A DNA stretch of 64,000 nt, from IMG/VR virus record IMGVR_UViG_3300032047_000003, positions 1 to 64,000 of that record; one strand, 5' to 3'. Source of the stretch: a virus. Made by a program: the position numbers and the translations under genes. The notes below the pieces were generated by a model. The model did not search any database, was not told where the DNA came from, and saw only the letters and a program-made list of their open reading frames with translations. Shown piece after piece: positions 27,021 to 36,044 of this stretch. How positions within the stretch are numbered: position 1 is the stretch's first letter; every line of letters starts with the position of its first letter.

Positions 27021-27411
27021 ATTTCAAACCCCTATATTTTAACCAAGAAAATCTTTTTCTATTCTTCCAATAATCAAGATCTTCTTGATTGGAATAAGCT
27101 TCCCGTTCAAACGGGATTAAGTAATAAGCTGACTTACTGTTTTTTGTTAAGATTAAGTATTTAAACCAATAATAGTAATAAAAAGCAGGAAACAAAATTA
27201 CAAATAAATCTAAATACTGTTGCCAATGTATATTTTCGTGGCTTCTAGTAGTTTCGCTAATTGTATCCCTACAGAATACAAATGGCCCTATGGTTATAGC
27301 ATTTATATCTATGGGAGCAAAAATAGAAAGCAGTCTAGGGACTGCACTATTTTCAAAAAATATAGCTGACCAGTTTTTAGAACAACCTTTACCTAAAATG
27401 CATTTACTCAT
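27004..27411 (-). CDS. HExxH zinc-peptidase-like membrane-associated protein
   Basis: AITIGPFVF, HENIHWQQ, hydrophobic segment, IPFEREAY. Confidence 0.7.
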   Translation of the reverse strand: MSKCILGKGCSKNWSAIFFENSAVPRLLSIFAPIDINAITIGPFVFCRDTISETTRSHENIHWQQYLDLFVILFPAFYYYYWFKYLILTKNSKSAYYLIPFEREAYSNQEDLDYWKNRKRFSWLKYRGLKYESKD

Positions 27412-27746
27412 TTCTTTTTATTCCTTGCAATAGTTTTCTTTTTTGAAGCCTCTTTACGCTTGACTGCATAGTCCAAAGCTTTCTTCAAACGTTTTTTAAC
27501 GTCAGGATCTTTGGCTCTAGCATGAGCAGCTCTAACTCTCTGATGAACTAAATTTATTACTTGAGATTGTCTTTTATGGCTTTTAGATTTAAAAGATTTT
27601 TTAGCAAAGGTTTCACGAATGTCTTTAGCTGTAGAAAACTTTACCCTAACAGTATCCTTAGGATTTTCGTCAGTGTAAAGTCTTCTTTTACTATTCTTAG
27701 GTTTCTTACCTGTACCTTTTTTAGGATCTGATTTTTTCTTAGCCAT
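27408..27746 (-). CDS. small basic protein (KGTGKKP...RLYTDENPKDT type)
   Basis: AAGGA RBS; Lys/Arg-rich. Confidence 0.75.
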   Translation of the reverse strand: MAKKKSDPKKGTGKKPKNSKRRLYTDENPKDTVRVKFSTAKDIRETFAKKSFKSKSHKRQSQVINLVHQRVRAAHARAKDPDVKKRLKKALDYAVKRKEASKKKTIARNKKK

Positions 27747-27767
27747 AACACAATTTCCTTTTGTAAT

Positions 27768-27914
27768 TTATTTCTTATAAGACCCTTTCTTTTTAGATTT
27801 AGATTTAGATTTTTTCTTATCTGTCATTTTCTTTGTAGGTTTTTTGGCTGCTTTCTTTTTACCGTATCCTTTTGGAGCGGCTGATTTATATGATTTCCCA
27901 CCTGCTACTGGCAT
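27768..27914 (-). CDS. 48-aa Lys-rich protein
   Basis: Start placed at MPVAGGK (AGGAG RBS); histone-tail-like composition. Confidence 0.7.
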   Translation of the reverse strand: MPVAGGKSYKSAAPKGYGKKKAAKKPTKKMTDKKKSKSKSKKKGSYKK

Positions 27915-28013
27915 GATTATTCTCCTGTTAAATATTTTAATAATTGCTCTACCTATATTATCATCTTTAGTAAACATTTTTCTAGTAGTATAAATAACGA
28001 TCCTATGTCCACC

Positions 28014-28685
28014 TTATAATTTTTCGACCATAGCTTTGATTCTTCTATAAAGTGGCGTTTTCCTAATATTTAAAACTATTTCTCTTTTCTTTTCAAAATT
28101 TTTGTTTATGTGTGACACCCATTTTGGATCGTATCCTAATGTTTTTAGTTTTCTCCAAAGGAGCTTATCGTCAAACAATAAATTTTCATATGATATTAAC
28201 TCTTTATTCTCAATCTTTTCCAATAGTTCTTTTTGTATTTTAATTACTGCTTTACATAAATTTTCTAAAGTTTGATTTTTTTCCTTTTTTGAATCTATCC
28301 CCAGTATATTTATTGGCCAAAACCATTCTCTTAAATAAAGAGTGTATATTGTATCTTCTAGATCTCTTCTTATAACAAGCACTTTGTAATCTTCGTTTTC
28401 GTTCAAGAATCTAACTGTATGTAAGGGCTGAGCTACACTCTTGATAAGGTAACCTTTAGAATACTTTTCTAAAACAGATTTAGTATTTTGATATTGATAG
28501 TAATTGTGTCTGCCGTGTTTCTTTTCTATATTGGGAAATTCTAACTGAATATGATTTAAAACATCTCCATCGTGCCAAATTTTTGGATCTAAAATTTTCA
28601 ATTCGTCTTCAAGCATATGCGAGGCATGCTTATATATTAAGCTACTCATACTTCTTGGCAATCCTACAATAATTAAAGATTTCAT
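28014..28685 (-). CDS. sulfotransferase-like P-loop protein
   Basis: Start at ATGA overlap. IIVGLPRSMSS (5'-PSB-like), IRRDLEDTIYT (3'-PB-like), ISYENL. Confidence 0.65.
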   Translation of the reverse strand: MKSLIIVGLPRSMSSLIYKHASHMLEDELKILDPKIWHDGDVLNHIQLEFPNIEKKHGRHNYYQYQNTKSVLEKYSKGYLIKSVAQPLHTVRFLNENEDYKVLVIRRDLEDTIYTLYLREWFWPINILGIDSKKEKNQTLENLCKAVIKIQKELLEKIENKELISYENLLFDDKLLWRKLKTLGYDPKWVSHINKNFEKKREIVLNIRKTPLYRRIKAMVEKL

Positions 28686-29254
28686 TTTTTCACTCTTTGG
28701 AGCCAAGCGCAATTAGCTACATGGTCTCCAAACATAATATATTTTTTCCGGTCCATTTCTTCATCTACAACCCTTTCGATTCCTGGACATCTTTCAAATT
28801 TGTAATCGTGGTATCCTATTACCCCACCTACAGATATTCTGTTTTCTAAAAATCCATAAGTATAAGATGTAGGTTTATACAAATCCATGTCTAAAAATCC
28901 AAAACAAAACTTTTTATTTTTTAAATTTTTCATTAAGGTTTCTTCTACTAAGCCAGCAATAGGAATAATATAATTTTCGACACCAGCTTTTTTTACATTT
29001 TTCCAAAAAGTTTCAAAAGAAGCCGTACACTCGCCTTTCTTTAGCATTGAATCAATTCCTTCAATACCGTTATAAGGCAGTCCATTGTACGTGTCGCACG
29101 CATATATCTTCTTATTTGAATTAAACTTTTTTAAAACTTTAGCTAAAGCTATAGTTGTTTGCCCCTCGAATACTCCACATTCGATTACATCTCCTTGAGC
29201 CGCCAAACAAAGCTTCAACGCCTCAGCTGCTTTTTCAGATCTTTTACAACTCAC
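28682..29254 (-). CDS. TylF/MycF-family O-methyltransferase
   Basis: GDVIECGVFEG, CDTYNGLP, GLVEETL, LDMDLYKPT, GGVIGYHDY. Confidence 0.88.
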   Translation of the reverse strand: MSCKRSEKAAEALKLCLAAQGDVIECGVFEGQTTIALAKVLKKFNSNKKIYACDTYNGLPYNGIEGIDSMLKKGECTASFETFWKNVKKAGVENYIIPIAGLVEETLMKNLKNKKFCFGFLDMDLYKPTSYTYGFLENRISVGGVIGYHDYKFERCPGIERVVDEEMDRKKYIMFGDHVANCAWLQRVKK

Positions 29255-30201
29255 AACATCTCCTTAATTTTGTTTAAAACTTTTTCGGGCTTTAAATCTT
29301 TCATACATTTTATATTTATTGGACAGGCTTTATACCAACATCCTAAACAATCTAATTCTTCTAATCTAATTGACTTATGCGTAGAATAATGATTTATTCT
29401 ACTTGAAGGAGGTATGGACCCAAATACAACTAAAGATTTAGTTTTTACCGCAGCAGCTAGATGCATTAAACCTGAATCAGGTCCAAAAAACAAATCGCAC
29501 CTTTTAATATAGGAAGCTGTTTGTCTAATGTCTAATCGAGAAATATCGATAACTCTCTCATTGTATTTTTGATTCTTTAAAACTCTATTAAAATCTGAAA
29601 CAAAAATCACACTACTCGGATACTCTTTCTTTAAAAGATTAATTAGTTTTTTAGTATTCCGCCAATCATAACTTCTTTTCCCTTCATTAGAAGCAGAGTG
29701 TATAAAAAACTTTAATTTATTTTCGTAATCCTTAAAAAATGCATCCGCTGCATCACTTTCTTTTTTAGTTTCTAAATAAAAAGGAATCCAATTTTTTATT
29801 TCACGAACTTTACATGCTTTTGCAAAGATATCAATCCTATTGCATTCTGGCCTCCCAGAATGTTCATGTTCAATACATACACTCTTTATATTGAAGTATT
29901 TTTTATATTTCTCTCTAACTACATATCTTGAATCTTCAAACTTATCTATAAAAGGAGCATTAAATAGCAACTTGTAATAAGTATCATCGTAAGTCGTATG
30001 CCTATCTAAAGAAACAGTGAGTTTTGTATTTGGATATTGTTTTTTAAACTCTCTTATAGCTACACTAGCCATAAGAACATCTCCTATACCACCAACTGGT
30101 CTATCAATGCAAATCTCTCCAGAACTAAAACCCCCAGACCTCCTATTAGAAACTCTTTCAGGTTTTTTTATGACTCTGTATTTCTTATTCAAGTATTTCA
30201 T
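29251..30201 (-). CDS. glycosyltransferase family 9 (heptosyltransferase-like)
   Basis: GGIGDVLM, CDLFFGPDSGLMHLAAA, VVFGS, C-terminal CLGC...CP...CM. Confidence 0.9.
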   Translation of the reverse strand: MKYLNKKYRVIKKPERVSNRRSGGFSSGEICIDRPVGGIGDVLMASVAIREFKKQYPNTKLTVSLDRHTTYDDTYYKLLFNAPFIDKFEDSRYVVREKYKKYFNIKSVCIEHEHSGRPECNRIDIFAKACKVREIKNWIPFYLETKKESDAADAFFKDYENKLKFFIHSASNEGKRSYDWRNTKKLINLLKKEYPSSVIFVSDFNRVLKNQKYNERVIDISRLDIRQTASYIKRCDLFFGPDSGLMHLAAAVKTKSLVVFGSIPPSSRINHYSTHKSIRLEELDCLGCWYKACPINIKCMKDLKPEKVLNKIKEML

Positions 30202-33200
30202 GTTGTTGGAGCGTTGCCTAAATAAGGATGGCCTGCTGGTAGTGAATTTTCAATCGAAAACTTATGCATCAAATACCCTTCTATTTTCTGTCTTTGCGTT
30301 TCAGTTAACTCTTCGTCAAAAAGTAAAAACTCTCCAAGCTCAAAACTACTAAAAGAATGATCAAATGTTTGCGAAGGGTTGGTGCTATTCCAGTCAGGAA
30401 ATCTTCCAATTCTCATATCAGGGCTATTCGCCCAATCAAAATTTGTAGACTGAGGAATATCTTGAGTGGAATATTTGGTTCCATTTACGTAAATACCTCT
30501 TCTCGAAGCATCTGCTCCATTGCCAAAAACAACTTCAATTAAAAATATTTGATTAACCCCTACAGCTCCAGTCAAACCGGCATCTCTGGAATTTGAATTA
30601 TTATCAAATCTCAAGTAAGTACTATAAGTATTATTGACTAGTTTTTCTCTGTGAAGTCTAAGTTGCAATCCTCTGCCTATACTAAACAATCTTGCTACTG
30701 TATGGTCAGTGGTACTTGTGTTCAGTTCATCTCCAATCGCATCAGCGACGTTGTCTTGCTCCAGCTTCACCAACATGAATACGGAACCTACACCATCGCC
30801 ACTAGAACTGTCAAAAGTGCTAAATACACTGTTGTAATCACTAGAAATGCTTTCGTGATTTGTGTGATCGAAAGAAAGGAATCTGTTTCCGTTGCTACTG
30901 TAAACAAGTTCAGGTCTATTTTCTGATCCACTAGAATCGACATTTCCTGAACTGGACTCAAATACTAAAGAATTACTCTGACTCGTCCAGCTCACTAAAT
31001 TAATAGTATTTGTATTAATATCAATTACTTCTGTAACAGACTCATCTTCTTTCAACCAGACTATCATTTCTGTACTGTGGTCGTCTGAAGGCTCCCACGT
31101 TATATTCGCACTCGTCACAGTCATAGTTGAGTTGTAACTAGCTTCAACGGAATTAACGTCTTGAATCAAATACCCATTGCCGCTATTGCTTGTGTAAGAC
31201 AACTGGCTACCATCAATAATTTCTTCTAAGCAATAATCAAAAGTGCAATCTTCTGCTTCTCTTACTATAACGGAAGAATAGCCATTTACCGTAGATACTG
31301 AGCTGTACTTTCCAAAACTATCTAATTGCAACTCCGTTCCATTACTGTCTAAAAATTGCAATTCAAAAGGCACTGCAACTTCCCAATCTGGACAATAATT
31401 GCAAACACTCGAATTAGGCAGCCCTCCTGAAAGACCAAAGTCAAAAGAAGCAAAAGGGTTAATCCTTTCAAACTCGCACAACTCCTCAGTGAAAGATTCT
31501 CTTAAAGTAAACTCTTCTAAATATATATCTATGTCAATTTCTCCATCAGGCGGATAATAATCTTTAGCCCCTGTAGGCGAAGAGCTCAAAGCGCCTATCA
31601 AATTCACACCCCACCTTCCAGAATCTACACCCCACGTAATAACTTCTAAAGTGTCGTACGCTTTTATCTCGCAGCTTTCTAAAGGAAACAAACGATAACC
31701 AATTCTTGAATTAACAAAAGCTGCGTTGTAGTAAGACAATATGTTCTGTACGTTCGAATCAGAAACAGGATGTATTGTAGTGCTTAAAGCCGTCATGTAA
31801 AAAACTTTACCTGGCCATTCCGTTAAAGTAATCGCTACTTCAGCGGTACCATTTACCATTAACACTCCTTCTTCTGAAACTACATCTATAAACCAACCTT
31901 CATCTCCTACCTGTAGAGGTATTTGACTAGAATTTAAATGAGAAGGTAGGGTTATAGTATTAATTGTCCCCCTTACGTAATAGTGAGTTCCAGAATTCAT
32001 TCCAGTAGAAGACTTACTGACAATAGGAACATTTTCCACTACATTGCTTTTTAATTTATTGTTGAAATCTTCTAGAGCGTAAGTGTAAGTTTCTGAAGTA
32101 AAAGACAAATACCTTCTGTGTCTAAAAGGATTTGTAAACTCAAAATCAAACCTATCTTTCGACAAACCTCCGCTTCCCAATAAATTTATTTGATAACCAG
32201 CTTCCAATTCACTAAGAGAATCAAAAGAAGAAGTCAGCAGTTCCCCTGCTTTCGAAGAGTATTCATACAAATCAAACTCTACCCCTTCTCCCTTAAAATA
32301 AATATTAACTTTGTCTTCATCACCAATACTTGATTTTCCAACAGTTAAAATTAGCTTTGCTTTCCATTTTGAAAAGAAATTTCTAAATGCATTCTTTGCT
32401 AAAACCGAACTTTTTAAAGTTTTGTTAACGGAACCAAGACTTTTATAGTAGTCGTCTGCAGCATTAGGATGGTAATCTTTTTCAATATAATCTGGAATAG
32501 AGCTGTATTCAGGAGTAAAGTATATATTTCTAGGATCCTCAACACAAGAGTCCGCAGGCCTCAACACTACACTGATCCCTGATAAATCTTGACTGGATAA
32601 ACCTGACATGGATCGATAAGTCTCTCCATTCAAAGAAAGAGTTTGTTTAAATATTTCAGAAGAAGCGACTGATCCAAAAATACCTTCTAGAATGTTATCT
32701 AAATTTTCTTCTATGTCCATGTTCTCATCAAAGCATTTGCTTCCGTTTTGATTCTTAAACATGTTGTATCCACTTAGTTGAATCTCATATCGTTTTCCTG
32801 GCGCTAAACTTAAAGTTTGACTAGTGCAACTCCATCTATTTAGAAAAGCCTCCTGAGCATATGTTTCCAAGTTGTCAGGCACTCCTCCCAGCGAGTCAGA
32901 TCCACCGCTAAAATTAACAGAAAGAACAGTGCCCGAAGGATTTGGAGAGGCATCTACAGTTGGTATTGAAGTATTACCATCAACTCCATGTTGAGATTGA
33001 GTCAAGTAAACAGAATAAGTGCTTTTTTGTATTGCTTTTAAAATTACAAACTTATCACTTGGACCATTTTGGTTGTGCCCGTTAGCTCCGTTTATTGCAT
33101 CAATAAAATTATCTAAAGCCTTTTCAAATCTTAAAACAGTTTGAGTAGTAGGACTTGAGCCCGTCAAATCGTCACCGTTCAAAAAGACAACTTCACTTCC

Positions 33201-36044
33201 ATCTAGGTCTCCGTTATTGTGAACGGCTGCGGAACTTGATTCACACCTATAAGTAATTGAAGTACCGTCTGTAGATTCTAGAGTAACTTTAGACCCTGAA
33301 GCTAAATTCGTGTTTCCAAAATCAGCCATAAACATGACTCTACCTTCAGCAGTGCCAGGGCCTCGAACTGGCAAACATTCAATAGTAGACGCCAAGCCTC
33401 CTGAAAATCCATTTAAAGTTACATAATTTAAAGAAGAACCATTTGAAGTGATCGGAGTATTAAATCTTTCACCATAGTCTCTTGCCTCTAAATTCACAGT
33501 AGCTTGAGTTACTACGGGGTTGAAATCAGCAGTAAATCCAGAAGCAGAAATTGCATCTCCTAAGTTGACTGCCATTTCCTCTTTGCTTAAGCCAGTATAA
33601 AAATAATAATTAAAAGTATTTGGATTTTGAGTTCCATCTAAAGCAGGATCGTTAGTTGATTCATATACAAGAATTTCATGAAAAATATTTAAATTTGGAA
33701 CATCGTCAACGACTCTTCTCAAGTTTACAATCCAACCTGGATTGGCAAATCCCAAATCAGTTATTTCTATACTTCCAGTAGCTTTTATTGGGCTCCCTGC
33801 CAAAGCCATATAAGCTGCTGCGTACTGATGTCCCGCTAGTTCAAATTTTGCAAACTCAGTAGAAAATTCAATTTCAGTTCCATTTCTTGCAATTCCGTCT
33901 ATTGTTTCTCCATTCACTCTAGAAACAATAGAAAGTTGACTAGCAATCGCATCCCCAACTTGATATCCACCAGAATCAAAAATAGCATCTTCTCCAAGCT
34001 CCCACCATTCTGCAACTTTATCGTTAACCCAACTGTTGGCTCCAAATATATCTTTGTATTTTCTTTCTCCAAAAATGCTACTTGCTTCAATTGAAGTCAA
34101 ACGGTCTGAGTAAATTACGAAATCTTCTAAAGCGCCTCTAAAGTCTCTGCAAGGAGAAACAGGAAAAGCGAACAAAGAATAATACTCTTGGCTAGAAATT
34201 CCAGAAGTATTGCCAGAATCAAGGATTCCGCTTAACGCATTACTATACAAGCTTCCGTCTAAGTAAAGCTCTACTGTTGAAGAGTTTGTAAATTCCAAAT
34301 CCAGAACAATTGAAAAATGCTTCCAATTCAATTCTAAACCTTCTTCCGTAATGTCTATTAATCGATACAAGAAGCCTGTAGAACTTTTAACGTACATTAC
34401 AAGATGCTCGTTCATTTCCTGACCTTGGCTTATAGTTACGTTAGAATATTCTGGATCCAAAGGATGGTTTTTAGGATAGTCTAAAATCAATTCAAAATTA
34501 ACAACATTGTTTGCGTCGTAAATGCAAAATATAACCTGTTTTCCCGCATCTCCGCCTATCCAGTCAGCATACTGCTTGTTTAACCAAAAAGACAAAGACA
34601 TTCCCCTTCCTCCTAGGGAAGAAGGCTCCAGAACGTATTCGTTTAAAGTCTGTATTTTACCTGACAAATTAGCAGCTGTACCACTGTTGATTGGGGAGCC
34701 AGAATTTATTTGCAAAGCTCTATCAATTACCGCGGGTACTTGAACATTATAATTATACTCAAAACAACATTCTGGTTCTAAAAAATCAGAATAGTAATCA
34801 ATTGCACGAATTGGAGAAATTGCTTTTTGACCCAATATGCTTTTAGAAGTCATTCCTATGCTTGAAGAATTATCTTCAATTACCATAGTAGAATCACTCA
34901 ATTTTGATACCGTTATGTTTCCTGAACCTTTTATAAAAGTTCCATCTACTTTTGTCGAATCCATGTTTAAAACTAATTCGACGCCATCTGCAGCAGTATC
35001 AACTTTATTAGAATATAGTTTCGCATCCACAGTGATGTTGTTGCTGCTTTCTGTCAAGGTAATACCGTTGCCTTCCCTCAACGCAATAGACGTAATATTG
35101 TTAGAGCTATCAGTTAAATCTAAACTGACGATAGTTGACGAAACCGTACTCGAAGTAAGAGTGTAAGTAGACCCACCAGAACCACCCGTAGAACTAATCT
35201 CTATTTGGTTGGTATTATTGTTGTATCCTACCGTGGTATTGCCTAGTCCAATAATTTCAACCCCATCATAAGCTACTCCATTGTTTTCCAATTTAATAGT
35301 CGCCCCACCATTAATAGAACCAGCTCCTATTTCTACTAATGGGCAGTTTGGATCCCAAGCTATATCGCAAGTGCTAATGTTTAAAAATAATTCAGGATAC
35401 GCATTCTCACAAGAAAAGTCTCCTGAAAGATCTGGCCCTCCTTTTATTACTTGAGAAAAAATTTCATATAAATGCCTTTGAAATGAAAATTGTAGCTTTT
35501 CGTTTCCACTACAATTAGGGTCCAAGTCGCAAGCGTATATATCTTTATACAAAGTTCTTATATTCAAATCATTGCAATGAATTAAAGATCTAATCTCTGA
35601 ATCATCATACTCTTCAATTTCAAACTCTTCGCTAAGGATTGAGTCAATTTTGGAAGAAAGGCAATAGATAGCCCCTGTAATGGAATTAGGTTGACCTCTA
35701 GTTCCATCCCATAAGCAAGGTAAACCATGCTCAGTCGCCCAAGGCTCGGCAGTAACTGTCCAGCCGCTTACCCCTCCTCTTTCTGGATCTAATATGTCAT
35801 ACTCAGCCCAAGGTGCTGATCTGAATCCAGAGTATTTTGCATAAGGGCTTCTTTCAGGCCCATTGAATACTGGATATATGAATCTCTGCCAGTTGTAAAC
35901 GTAATTCGATTCAAAGTTTTTAACAGACTTTAAGAAAGATATCCTATCTCCTTCTCTTTCCAAAGACATAATAGACACCGTCTGTTGATATACTTGTTTT
36001 ATTAAACTTTGAAAATTTTCCTTTCCTAATGTTTCGTTAATCAT
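30198..36044 (-). CDS. large tail fibre / receptor-binding protein with LamG-like domains
   Basis: Short beta repeats near the N-terminus. LamG pattern SLSFW...WKHF...LYLDG...FRGALEDFVIYS. Second LamG-like C-terminal domain ending IEGYLMHKF...LPAGHPY. Confidence 0.75.
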   Translation of the reverse strand: MINETLGKENFQSLIKQVYQQTVSIMSLEREGDRISFLKSVKNFESNYVYNWQRFIYPVFNGPERSPYAKYSGFRSAPWAEYDILDPERGGVSGWTVTAEPWATEHGLPCLWDGTRGQPNSITGAIYCLSSKIDSILSEEFEIEEYDDSEIRSLIHCNDLNIRTLYKDIYACDLDPNCSGNEKLQFSFQRHLYEIFSQVIKGGPDLSGDFSCENAYPELFLNISTCDIAWDPNCPLVEIGAGSINGGATIKLENNGVAYDGVEIIGLGNTTVGYNNNTNQIEISSTGGSGGSTYTLTSSTVSSTIVSLDLTDSSNNITSIALREGNGITLTESSNNITVDAKLYSNKVDTAADGVELVLNMDSTKVDGTFIKGSGNITVSKLSDSTMVIEDNSSSIGMTSKSILGQKAISPIRAIDYYSDFLEPECCFEYNYNVQVPAVIDRALQINSGSPINSGTAANLSGKIQTLNEYVLEPSSLGGRGMSLSFWLNKQYADWIGGDAGKQVIFCIYDANNVVNFELILDYPKNHPLDPEYSNVTISQGQEMNEHLVMYVKSSTGFLYRLIDITEEGLELNWKHFSIVLDLEFTNSSTVELYLDGSLYSNALSGILDSGNTSGISSQEYYSLFAFPVSPCRDFRGALEDFVIYSDRLTSIEASSIFGERKYKDIFGANSWVNDKVAEWWELGEDAIFDSGGYQVGDAIASQLSIVSRVNGETIDGIARNGTEIEFSTEFAKFELAGHQYAAAYMALAGSPIKATGSIEITDLGFANPGWIVNLRRVVDDVPNLNIFHEILVYESTNDPALDGTQNPNTFNYYFYTGLSKEEMAVNLGDAISASGFTADFNPVVTQATVNLEARDYGERFNTPITSNGSSLNYVTLNGFSGGLASTIECLPVRGPGTAEGRVMFMADFGNTNLASGSKVTLESTDGTSITYRCESSSAAVHNNGDLDGSEVVFLNGDDLTGSSPTTQTVLRFEKALDNFIDAINGANGHNQNGPSDKFVILKAIQKSTYSVYLTQSQHGVDGNTSIPTVDASPNPSGTVLSVNFSGGSDSLGGVPDNLETYAQEAFLNRWSCTSQTLSLAPGKRYEIQLSGYNMFKNQNGSKCFDENMDIEENLDNILEGIFGSVASSEIFKQTLSLNGETYRSMSGLSSQDLSGISVVLRPADSCVEDPRNIYFTPEYSSIPDYIEKDYHPNAADDYYKSLGSVNKTLKSSVLAKNAFRNFFSKWKAKLILTVGKSSIGDEDKVNIYFKGEGVEFDLYEYSSKAGELLTSSFDSLSELEAGYQINLLGSGGLSKDRFDFEFTNPFRHRRYLSFTSETYTYALEDFNNKLKSNVVENVPIVSKSSTGMNSGTHYYVRGTINTITLPSHLNSSQIPLQVGDEGWFIDVVSEEGVLMVNGTAEVAITLTEWPGKVFYMTALSTTIHPVSDSNVQNILSYYNAAFVNSRIGYRLFPLESCEIKAYDTLEVITWGVDSGRWGVNLIGALSSSPTGAKDYYPPDGEIDIDIYLEEFTLRESFTEELCEFERINPFASFDFGLSGGLPNSSVCNYCPDWEVAVPFELQFLDSNGTELQLDSFGKYSSVSTVNGYSSVIVREAEDCTFDYCLEEIIDGSQLSYTSNSGNGYLIQDVNSVEASYNSTMTVTSANITWEPSDDHSTEMIVWLKEDESVTEVIDINTNTINLVSWTSQSNSLVFESSSGNVDSSGSENRPELVYSSNGNRFLSFDHTNHESISSDYNSVFSTFDSSSGDGVGSVFMLVKLEQDNVADAIGDELNTSTTDHTVARLFSIGRGLQLRLHREKLVNNTYSTYLRFDNNSNSRDAGLTGAVGVNQIFLIEVVFGNGADASRRGIYVNGTKYSTQDIPQSTNFDWANSPDMRIGRFPDWNSTNPSQTFDHSFSSFELGEFLLFDEELTETQRQKIEGYLMHKFSIENSLPAGHPYLGNAPTT

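Noticed and set aside
13086-27996. T4-type late promoter TATAAATA at 13086 and 27989
   Set aside because: Expected by chance in such AT-rich DNA; one precedes a replication-block gene and the other points against the local genes.
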